64,000 nucleotides of DNA from Octopus sinensis (taxonomy: Eukaryota). Both the position numbers and the translations under genes were made by a program. The stretch is from the NCBI RefSeq assembly GCF_006345805.1, contig NC_043000.1, forward strand, positions 157,976,001-158,040,000, written 5' to 3'. The notes under the pieces were generated by a model. It was given only the letters and a program-made list of their open reading frames with translations. It was not told where the DNA came from and ran no database searches. How positions within the stretch are numbered: position 1 is the first letter of the stretch; each line of letters opens with the position of its first letter. Below, piece after piece: positions 53,640 to 64,000 of this stretch.

Positions 53640-54930
53640 GTAATCACCTTTTAATTGGTCAATCCTATGCGATTGACTTTTGGTGAAAGACGGAATTTCA
53701 CACTGCTGCCCTCTTTTGAGTTTGCTGCCTTGATATTGGTTCATCTGCGATCTTAGATAGCAAGAGGTCAATCTGCTTCTTGAAAACATCTGCTCCCACT
53801 CCATGGATATCCCTTAGATGTTTTGGCCAGGTGTTAAATAGCTGTGGGACCTTGAATCCAAAGCTATTGTAGTACACACTTCTCACCTTAGATGGGACAG
53901 CTGGAACTATTGGAATGGTGCAGTGACGTCCAATTCGCGGTCTGATATAACTAAATTCCAAAGTTTGGTACCAGCCCTTCTAGTATCTCCCACACATATA
54001 TATCACTGCATAACTCTCCCGTCTTCAATCCAGGGAAGAGACTCGTAGCTCCGTCGGTCTCTCGCAGTAAGCTCAGGTGTTTCATTGATGAAATCATCCT
54101 TGTGTAGCATCGCTGTACCGCCTCAAGTTCCGCTATTAATTCGGCACCATAAGGTGACCAAAGTTGAGAGCAGCAGTGAAAAAGCTCTGGAAGAGAATCT
54201 GAAGTGGCCTTGCTACAGCCTTCTGTAGGAGGGTTGCTGAGAACCCACCAGGGCCTGTGACTGAGTTTGAGTTTATTTCATCAATGGCTGATATCACATA
54301 CGTTTGCCCTATTTTGATGCTACCAGTAATTGCCATTACGCTATGTACAGCTGTGAAGCCTAAAAACTCATTAGGCACAGCTAATAGAAAATGTCCTAAT
54401 GGAGTGTTGAAAACACTCTTATATTACACATTCAGTAATTCACTAATCCTCAAGTAGTCTGCAGTCGGCGAGTCATTATCTTCAAATTTAGGCTCTGTAT
54501 TGTACCGTGCTGAAGCATATCTATAGAAGACTTTAGGGTTTGTCTTAATATTTTTGACAGCCCTAGCTTCCTTTTCTGCCTTCTTCTTTTCATGAGAGTG
54601 ATTGAGTTCATTTTCGATCACAAGCAACGTTTGTTTGAGATAGGATCGTTTGTTATTCTTTAATGGCACATTTAGACAATTTGAATATTTTGCTCATCGT
54701 CTTATTATAACCCTCCTATTCCTGAGTGTTATATATCTTTCCGCTGGCTTGGTATTCTCTCAGGAGCAAATTACTGAATATATCATGCGTAAGTGTCATA
54801 AAGTGTTGCAGCTTTATGTCAATATCTTGCGTAGAGAGATTGACAGACCAGTTTCGTCCCATGATCTCTTTCTCGATACTCTTGCAATCAGCTTCTTGAA
54901 AGTTCAGGCTGGAGAGGAGTTGGGGGTTTC
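53640..54930 (-). mobile_element. Old, internally deleted CR1-like LINE
   Basis: SLD*RRESYAVIYMWEILEGLVPNFG, RIGRHC, PQLFNTWPKHLRD..FKKQIDLLL; NIKTNPKVFYRYA; NSVTGPGGF. Confidence 0.7.
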
Positions 54931-54979
54931 TAGTGTGGCCTGCATGTGTCTGTAGTATTCTGCGGAACACACACACACA

Positions 54980-55094
<115 letters not shown>

Positions 55095-56083
55095 GTGGTG
55101 GCCAGAATGTTCCTCGTGCCATTCAGTAACAACTTTAGCAGTGTGAATTGGTGCATTATCATCCTGAAAGATTGCGTTTCCCTCTGGAAACAGTTCCGCA
55201 AGTATAAGATGAATTTGATCAGATAAAATGCTTAAATAGTCTTGACTATTAATTCCGCCATGAAAGGAAACTATTGAGCCGGTTGATTTCCAAGATATGG
55301 ACCCCACTCCAGTTCATCGCAGATCCTCCTCCATGTTTAACAGGTGGAAGAAAGCAGTCTGGGTCAAATGCTTCTTTTGGCTGTCTCCACATTTATACTC
55401 GGCCGGTGGTCAGAAATAAGGTAAATGATGACTAGTCCTAGAAAATAAAATTCTTTCACAACTCTAGGAACGAATTCTGTAGGTTTTTACTCCAATCTAA
55501 ACGTTTTGCAACGTTTGTTTTTGAAAGTAGTGGTTTTCAGATTGCAGTCCTCACGGGAAATCTAGCTTTGTGCGGCTTCCGGTGAACAGTTTTACGGAAA
55601 ATGTGTTCTTGAGGTGGTCATAAAACTCTGCAGTAATTTTGGAAGCTGTAACTTTGTGATCCTTCCTAACAATTCACGTAAGAATCCGATGGTCCCGATC
55701 TGAAAGCTTTGGTTTTCTTCCAGAGTTTTGTTTCGACGAGGAGGTTTTTCCCTCTTTCTCAAAGGCTGTTATTACTCTCGAGACAGTACTTCTTGATAAA
55801 CTAAACATTTCGGCTGTTTTCGTTACGCTAGCGCCTGCCATACAAGCACCAAAAATATGACCTGTTTGAAAGTGAGATAGACCTGTCATTTTATTGAATT
55901 TCTAATTACCTTTTCTAATGATATTCGGAAAGAAACAGCAAATTTAGCGAATCATATTAAGCAACACTAATAATACATCATACATCATATATCAAAATTA
56001 AAGAAGCTTTTGGCGGTTTTATAGATACTCCAAAATTATGATGCTATGATGCTAGGTGTTTCCATTTTTTTGTCCAACCCCTG
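55095..56083 (-). mobile_element. Tc1-like transposon lacking one TIR (same family as 20523-21779)
   Basis: TIR gtgtttccatttttttgtccaacccctg|ta at 56056-56085; MTGLSHFQTGHIFGACMAGASVTKTAEMF; FQDDNAPIH. Confidence 0.9.
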
Positions 56084-56519
56084 TATATATGAAATTAAAT
56101 ATGTATGTGTAATGCATAATTCTTCTTCTCTAGCTCTGTCTCTCTCACCCTCTCTCTTTCTACACACACACACAAATACATACACACACATATATACATT
56201 CATGTATATATATATACATAAATAATCGCACTCATATATATACATGTATGTATATATTTACGTATGTATGAATGTATGTTCGTATATATGGATGTATATA
56301 TGTATTAATGCCATTTTAAATTTCCTCATTATGATGAATACCATTTATCCACATTATTCTCGATATAATTGATGTATGTTTGGAAAGTTATCTATATGCT
56401 AATTAAATTTGTCGTCCGCCTATATATCAATATAGATTTTAATATACAGCTTGATATTCATTCATTATTACAAATTGCCACAATGCATGCTTGACATTCG
56501 TAATAACTCTTTAAAGTAC

Positions 56520-56885
56520 AATAACTGTAATACGAATGCTATGGTGATAGATATAGCTATGATGATGATGCAAATGAATCACAACTCATTCAATAACTCT
56601 GATGAAATCTTAAAATTACAGAAAGAAATGGATGCAATCGAAGTGTGAACTGAAGAATAAATATGATGTTGAATACTGATATGTTCCAAGTACTCTGCCA
56701 TCGATCTACGAACAAACTGCAGTCAGATTATATCAGACTGGGGTTTATTGCAATACCGAAGTCAGAATCAGTGCATGATCTAGTAATCCATATATGTGGC
56801 TATGCATCGATCACTGTTCATATGACTAAGATAGCAACAATTAAGCCGTGACTGTCTGGTTGGACTCTGATATTATTTAGAGCAA
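56520..56885 (+). mobile_element. Old CR1-like RT relic
   Basis: Broken (FA)DD..LQKEMDAI..NMMLNTDMFQVL..IPKSESVHDLVIH. Confidence 0.5.
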
Positions 56886-57736
56886 GGAGATTACTTTTGC
56901 TCAGTTATCTGGATTAAACATTACAACACCTAGAATAATAAATACAGTGATGTACCCCTGAAATGGCCATAGGGAATGTAAATATGGTTTCTTTTTTGCT
57001 TGGACACTGGCTTTTAACTATAGGTTTCCCTTATCTGAAAAGTAAATTTTTAATCGAAAAAATTTATAAACGACGAACTTTTATCTTACCTTATATATTA
57101 TATATTACTTATTTATATGCTTCCTATATATATGTATTTTTATATTTTTTTTTATATATCTATATATTTATATATTTCTTTATATTTTTATGTATTAATT
57201 ATTCTAGGTGTTGTAATGTTTAAAAATATATATATATTTCTTAATCGCTAAAGTATTAATCGTTAACTTTTAACCGAGATGAACTGTATTCACACATTTT
57301 TCTTATATTTTTCTTATCAGCTTGTACTGATGGGTTGTGTTTCAACTTCCGTGATGTTATACATGTATATTCTATGTGAAAGAAAAAGCATTATGTGATT
57401 AAATGTTCGAGATATGAAATGTTACGTGAATGACTTTGTATTTGTCTGTTCTGCAACCACAGTTTAATATATTTGTCTCATTTAATTGAGCACTTCTATT
57501 GCAGTCCTATTAAACACTTTGTTCCTGATAAGAAACAATAACATTATTATATATATATATATATATATAATATAAGCGGGACCAGCCATCTGAATGTGGC
57601 TAGGGACAGGGCGGGGTGGTGGGGGTGTTACTGATGCATTTAGCCCCAGGCGACTATAGACGTCACCAGGAGAGCCGACACAATCACGGTGTCCTTGCTA
57701 GCCTGTAAAGGGAGATCAGCCTCCCCGAAGATACGG

Positions 57737-57793
57737 ATGCTACACACGGACCGGTTTCGAGGTGGTCGCCTCTCGTCAGCGCATGGCAAGCAC
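57737..57793 (-). ncRNA. Minimal type-I hammerhead ribozyme (inverted arm)
   Basis: Reverse complement of 57889-57945. Confidence 0.85.
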
Positions 57794-57888
57794 CGTTCTT
57801 CGTTGAGGGACTTCCTCTACAGGCTAGAAATATACAGTGAAAATCTATATATTTCTAGCCTGTAGAGGAAGTCCCTCAACGAAGACCG

Positions 57889-57945
57889 GTGCTTGCCATG
57901 CGCTGACGAGAGGCGACCACCTCGAAACCGGTCCGTGTGTAGCAT
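57889..57945 (+). ncRNA. Minimal type-I hammerhead ribozyme
   Basis: GUGCU-ugc-CAUGCG-CUGACGA-GAGG-cgacca-CCUC-GAAAC-CG-GUC/CGUGUG-u-AGCAU; predicted cleavage after 57933. Confidence 0.88.
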
Positions 57946-58247
57946 CCGTATCTTCGGGGAGGCTGATCTCCCTTTACAGGCTGGCAAGGAGACCGTGATG
58001 GTGTCGGCTCTCCTGGTGACGTCTATAGTCGCCTGGGGCTAAATGCATCAGTAACACCCCCACCACCCCGCCCTGTCCCTAGCCACATTCAGATGGCTGG
58101 TCCCGCTTATATTACAGAGCAGTTACTGTTTATACCTCGCTTAGAGATTTATTATTGTTATCGAACAGATTTTCGACGCCAGTGACTGTGTTTACAGTGA
58201 AAATCTATATATTTCTAGCCTGTAGAGGAAGTCCCTCAACGAGAACG

Positions 58248-58304
58248 GTGCTTGCCATGCGCTGACGAGAGGCGACCACCTCGAAACCGGTCCGTGTGTA
58301 GCAT
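58248..58304 (+). ncRNA. Minimal type-I hammerhead ribozyme
   Basis: Identical core; GUC at 58290-58292. Confidence 0.88.
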
Positions 58305-58602
58305 CCGTATCTTCGGGGCTGATCTCCCTTTACAGGCTACAAGGACACCGTGATGGTGTCGGCTCTCCTGGTGACGTCTATAGTCGCCTGGGGCTAAATG
58401 CATCAGTAACACCCCCACCACCCCGCCCTGTCCCTAGCCACATTCAGATGGCTGGTCCCGCTTATATTACAGAGCAGTTACTGTTTATACCTCGCTTAGA
58501 GATTTATTATTGTTATCGAACAGATTTTCGACGCCAGTGACTGTGTTTACAGTGAAAATCTATATATTTCTAGCCTGTAGAGGAAGTCCCTCAACGAGAA
58601 CG

Positions 58603-58659
58603 GTGCTTGCCATGCGCTGACGAGAGGCGACCACCTCGAAACCGGTCCGTGTGTAGCAT
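58603..58659 (+). ncRNA. Minimal type-I hammerhead ribozyme
   Basis: Identical core; GUC at 58645-58647. Confidence 0.88.
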
Positions 58660-59500
58660 CCGTATCTTCGGGGAGGCTGATCTCCCTTTACGGCTAGCAA
58701 GGACACCGTGATGGTGTCGGCTCTCCTGGTGACGTCTATAGTCGCCTGGGGCTAAATGCATCAGTACACCCCCACCACCCCCCTGTCCCTAGCCACATTC
58801 AGATGGCTGGTCCCGCTTATATTACAGAGCAGTTACTGTTTATACCTCGCTTAGAGATTTATTATTATATATATATATACTTAAATGTTGAACGACGTGA
58901 ATTAGTGTTCAACACAGTATTGGTGGATAAAGCTTCTGTATTCGTGTATTAAGGCTACCATTGGATTCATGTTTATCTTAATTTTCTAAGCCTGGACGAA
59001 TGGTGTTCGTGGACGAATGGTGTTCGTCTCCATTTTGGATACACCCTACTTTAGGGTCGAAAGCCTATACCAATCACTGCATTAACGTCACTGCGTAGTA
59101 CCCAAAACCTTTCTAATTCGCCGAAAGGGAGACGTCTTGGTTACTGCATACTGTGAGCGTCTAGGATTCAATGCCTAGCGAAAAAGCCCTAGATACCTAT
59201 GAGATGTATATATGGATACATTCAAAGAACAATTAGACAAATTTTTACTTGATGGAACAGGTGAACGCACATAACAGCAATAAAACGGAGAAGAGCTGCT
59301 CTGTCCTATTTACTACTTCATTAGGACCGATTCAAGAACGAGGACGAGGAAGTGACTCTCAAATAATCGTGCATCAGCGCTAACAGCGGTGCCTCAACAT
59401 GGTCACATCCTCTGGTTGAAGCGAATATTAGAATAATTCAAGAATTCAAGAATAATGTCAATAGTGATAATGGTATTAATAATAATTCTTTTTTACAACA

Positions 59501-59733
<233 letters not shown>

Positions 59734-59808
59734 ATGATGAAAATATATATATGCATGTATGCTTTTATGCATGTATATATATATATATAGATAGATAGAT
59801 AGATATAT

Positions 59809-60201
59809 GTTAGTTAGTTAATTTGGCTCAAAAGCAAAAAGCAAGGCCATGTAGGGGGACATGGAGTTAAGTACAGGGTGGTGTTCATATAAAGAGTTCA
59901 GGCCACTTGAGGTCCAGGGAGGCTTTGAACAAAGCGGTCGTAGGCATCTTCACCATCTCGTCTGGCAGCTTGTTCCACGGATCCGCAACCCGGACGGAGA
60001 AAGCTCCTCTCCTTCGATTGAGATGAAATCGTCGCAGGTAGAGCTTTTCGGAATGACCCCGCAGCCGACGCTCTGGAGCAGGAGTGAAGAACAGCTCTTT
60101 CGAGAGGTTACACTTTCCGCTTATGATGTTGTGGGCGAGAATGAGATCGCCACGGCGGCGGCGTTTTTCAAGAGAATAAAGGTCGAGCGTCCTCAGCCTT
60201 T
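59809..60201 (-). mobile_element. Short 3' fragment of the young CR1-clade LINE (same family as 19238-20210)
   Basis: Only a handful of substitutions relative to 19238-19640; same (AACT)n tail. Confidence 0.9.
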
Positions 60202-60316
60202 GTACCTGTGTGTGTTTGCGTGCTTGTGCGTTTGCGTGCGTGTGCGTTGGTGTCTGTGAGTATGTGTGTGTATTTGTGTTGTACAAAAGAACAAACATTT
60301 TCGTTCGTTTTATAAT

Positions 60317-60762
60317 TTAACTTGGTATTTTAAACTGGCTGTATCAGGCCCAAATATTCTGCCTCATTTATATTAAAAGCATCCAAATCTGGTCTCGCAC
60401 ATTCAATGTCATCCTAACTAACAATCACATAACAGAAATCTCGAAGCCACGAGATAATGCATGATTAATTCAAAACGGTGTCAAAAACACAAGTATTACA
60501 TTTGACAGTGTCCAAAAAAAAAAAACAAGTATTATATTTGACAGTGTCCAAAAAAACAAAACAAGTATTACATTTGACAGTGTCAAAAAAAAAACAAGCA
60601 TTACATTTGACAGTGTCAAAAAACAAGTATTACATTTGACAGTGTCAAAAAAAACAAGTGTTACATTTGACAGTGTAAAAAAAAAAACCAAGTATTACAT
60701 TTGACAGTGTCAAAAAAACAAGTATTACATTTGATAGAGTAATCTCAAACCTAAGGTGTTAA
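60317..60762. mobile_element. TTAA-bounded MITE-like element containing an expanded minisatellite
   Basis: ttaa at 60317 and 60759; 8 copies of caagtattacatttgacagtgtc(A)n at ~60492-60740. Confidence 0.55.
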
Positions 60763-61253
60763 CGTTGTGTTAATCATAAAATTACTAAAAAGTAATTACA
60801 GACTGAAGGTCTGTCGGCATTTTCTTAGTCATACACTATTTGAAAAGTGTCTGTAAGTTCGAAGGATAATTACGAACACGCTCACGAAAATGTTTATTGT
60901 ATTGAGGATATAGCCGTGTCATTTCCTGAAATTAATTATCAAAAATCATTGCAAGAGATTCTAAAACATCCGTCTTGTATGGAAATGATACTTTCTGTGA
61001 AGCAGTGAATTTTCTTATGCAATTACAACTACGGAAGCTATGTATGAAATTCTCTCTTTTATAGTGTTGCTGTTATGCTCAGTCCTCTCCGTTCTCCCTG
61101 TCTCTGTCTATATCTCTCTATATAAATATACATATTTATCTACATACACATATGTATATATGTATGTGTATATGTATGTATGTATGTATACATACATACA
61201 TATATATATATATGTACATATGTATATATATCTCTGTCTCTCTTCTCTCTCTG

Positions 61254-61286
<33 letters not shown>

Positions 61287-61370
61287 TATGTATATAATAT
61301 AATATAATATAATATATATATATTTATATATATATATATATATTATATATAATATATATATATATATATA

Positions 61371-61780
61371 TTGGGCTGTCAGGAAAGTTCGTGCCGATTT
61401 TTAAAGGAAGAAAATGGTCAATAAATAATTGCCATTATATATTTAATCAACCACATATGAACTATTTTGTTGCACAATGCGTCTCCATCTTTCCTTTAAC
61501 TTGGAAATACCATCATCCCAGAATTGAGGTGGTTTCATGGGAAGGAATTCATCAAGGTATCTTTTTACGTCATGCAAGGAATTGAAATTTTTACCATTAA
61601 GACTATTCTGCCGAGACCTGAATACGTGGAAATCCGAAGGAGCAACATGTGGTGAATATGGATGGTTGGGTAACACATCCCAACCGAGCTGCAGCAATTA
61701 TTGTCTGGTTCCCAAATCATCAAGTGCCGTAAAGATCTACAGTAAACATCAACCAGATAGTAACACACTTTTTCCATAGG
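61371..61780 (-). mobile_element. 3' end of a mariner transposon
   Basis: TA + TIR ttgggctgtcaggaaagttc; LQLGWDVLPNHPYSPHVAPSDFHVFRSRQN. Confidence 0.88.
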
Positions 61781-61819
61781 CAAAAAGAAAAACTAACGAA
61801 TCCACACGACTCAGATTAG

Positions 61820-61881
61820 CTAGATACGCGTTTCGGGATTAAAGTAAAGTTACATTTACTTATTTCACCTCATCAGTGCAG
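61820..61881 (-). ncRNA. Type-I hammerhead ribozyme, slightly decayed (family 5)
   Basis: Minus: CUGCA-CUGAUGA-GG..AAGUAAA-uguaac-UUUACUU..CC-GAAAC-GC-GUA/UCUAG; one mismatch in stem I. Confidence 0.6.
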
Positions 61882-62861
61882 AATTTCAAATATAAATTTG
61901 AGAGTGCTAGGATTAAATATGTACGCGATCGAGTCCCATCGTATAACTGATATCCTACCAACACTTCCAAAAATATACAGCCGAATGTGAACACATATTT
62001 ATTCTTAATACCCACGTGTATGTTACCATTTTATGATATATACATACATAAATACATGAGTCCTTTGGGGGAGGATTGCTCTACATTTTGTCCTTTCTTA
62101 TACCTTGTACCTGTCAAGGTATCCTTCCTTCGATTTAGTTCCCAAGACTATTTCTGTATTACGTGCTATTTCATGTAATTTTATTACTTCATTCTTCACC
62201 TTCCTTATATATAGTCTGGCATTTTCTTTTCATTTTCTATTTCGCTTTTAAGTTTTTTTCTCTTTTATCCAAATTTGTTTGTTTCTATTTTTTTTCTCTC
62301 ACTTGTTATTTCTTTATCGTTATTCACTTTCTGTTTTTCTTCTTGCTCTTTCTCGCATTACCTTCTTTCGTTTCTTTCATTTCGCCTCCCCACTCCTCCA
62401 TAAGTTCAAAGTATCAACTGATCTTTCTTATACTATTTCTCTTCACAAAATTCTGTCTCTGTCCACATTATTTTTCTTTTTTCTTTACGCTTAGTAAACA
62501 AATTCTGTTATATTTTCTTTCTTATAGTAAATATTTTCTGTAATCGTTCTTTATTTTTACCTTCTCTTTTCCATACTTCTTCCTGTTTTCCTATTTTTTG
62601 TTGTTTTTGTCGATTTGTAACTATGCATGACTTAAGCTTTGAGCATCTTACTCCACACCTGAGGCGTTGAAATTAGAGCTGGCGGAAAGTTTGTTCTGAC
62701 ACTAACTAAGAAATAGAAAACATACAAATGTACAAAGATTTTAATTGACTAATGCTGCCACCCACTCAGCCTAAGTTATAAAAGCTTCTGAACTTCGTGT
62801 GTCTTATCAAAGATAAATAGGTGTAGAGATTGTACAGAAAGGTAACTGTTAACATTATCAA

Positions 62862-63069
62862 TACTCTTTTACTCTTTTACTTGTTTCGGTCATTTGACTG
62901 TGGCCATGCTGGAGCACCGCCTTTAGTCGAGCAAATCGACCCCAGGACTTATTCTTTGAAAGCCCAGTACTTATTCTATCCGTCTCTTTTGCCGAACCGC
63001 TAAGTGACGGGGACGTAAACACACCAGCATCGGTTGTCAAGCAATGCCAGGAGGACAAACACAGACACA

Positions 63070-63111
<42 letters not shown>

Positions 63112-63277
63112 CATATATACGACAGGCTTCTTTCAGTTTATGTCTACCAAATCCACTCGCAAGGCATTGGTCGGCCCGGGGCTATAGCAGAAGACACTTG
63201 CCTAAGATGCCACGCAGTGGGACTGAACCCGGAACCATGTGGCTGGTTAGCAAGCTACTTACCGCACAGCCACTCCT
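62862..63277 (-). mobile_element. SINE family A (young)
   Basis: Reverse complement of 1003-1428 with a (tactcttt) tail. Confidence 0.88.
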
Positions 63278-63439
63278 TTTGATATAACTTTAAGTGTCGA
63301 AGTTGAAACGGAATAAAAACTTCGGTAAAGAACATTGCACTGGTTAGATGAATCTCTCTGCCACCTGTTGATTATTGCTCCATGTTGATTGTTGCTCCAT
63401 CAGTAAAGGCACTAGCAGTATATAGATGAGACGAAGGCG

Positions 63440-63600
63440 TTGAGCTGTCAGAATCGGTAGGACGCCGGGCAAAACGTTTTGAGGCATTTCGTCCACCTTT
63501 ACGTTCTGAGTTCAAATACGACTTTACCTTTCATCCTTCCTGATTCGAAAGTTGAAGAGTGAGATCAATGTAACCGACTTACCCCACTCTCGAGCGTGCT
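63440..63600 (+). mobile_element. SINE family B relic
   Basis: 'gagctgtcagaatcggtaggacgccgggcaaaacg..gttctgagttcaaatac'. Confidence 0.55.
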
Positions 63601-64000
63601 GGCCTTAACACTTCTTACCCCTATTTTCCAGGGGAGCAATGGTGTCAAAATATCGTCTTCATTTTGTTAAAAAAAAATTCCAAACGGCAAAAGTTGTTAA
63701 GCTGGCGGTTTCTGATTTTCAGTCTTAATATATTTAGCATGCTTTTGGAGCTTTCTATGTTTATGCTGCGTTCTTTAAATCTAACAGGTTTGTCTTCATA
63801 TTCCAGCTCTCTCATATTTTATATTCTGATATGGAAATTGCATCCATGTATATGCTGTCTATTGCTTTATGTACGATATCTACTTACTGACACTAGATAT
63901 TAAAAAAATATAAGAGTCACACCAGAATATTGCTATCATTTGTTTGCATTTATTAAAGTCAATTAAAATTCCATATGAAAACAATCAGTTTACATTTCAT

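Larger units (their letters stand above)
57569..58866 (+). mobile_element. Retrozyme-like array (family 1): ~2.9 tandem 355-360-bp monomers preceded by a 266-bp inverted arm
   Basis: Monomer starts at 57833, 58193, 58548; arms 57569-57834 / 57848-58113 with a 13-nt spacer; one HHR per monomer; GC-rich, near-identical copies; (TA)n on both flanks; no meaningful ORF. Confidence 0.92.

Noticed and set aside
60477-60745. CRISPR-like regularly spaced direct repeats
   Set aside because: Spacers are only variable poly-A tracts, not unique sequences; no cas genes; eukaryotic context
62163-62543. Hydrophobic 126-aa ORF suggesting a membrane protein
   Set aside because: T-rich low-complexity sequence gives F/L/S bias; no motif

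Overview
AT-rich, repeat-saturated eukaryotic DNA with no recognisable host protein-coding gene, rRNA, true tRNA or CRISPR array. The SINE, mariner and Penelope families match what I recall from octopus (coleoid cephalopod) genomes; this species call is an inference. Almost all long ORFs in the track are microsatellite translations. Real coding remnants are all from transposable elements: three mariner and three Tc1 relics, two Penelope-like elements (RT + GIY-YIG), CR1-type, RTE and L1/Tx1 LINE fragments, and Helitron pieces. The most striking signal is a set of at least 10 well-formed and several decayed type-I hammerhead ribozymes (HHR) in several sequence-unrelated, non-coding ~350-475 nt repeat families. 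The main ones are at 17.5k/45.3k, 36.4-37.6k and 57.6-58.9k, with single copies at 48.4k and 61.8k. The multi-copy families share one architecture with the Penelope element at 25.8-28.1k: a head-to-head fold-back inversion at the 5' side, with ends fused to (TA)n tracts. This looks like a multi-family retrozyme system mobilised by Penelope-like elements. All folds were done by eye and need computational and experimental confirmation.
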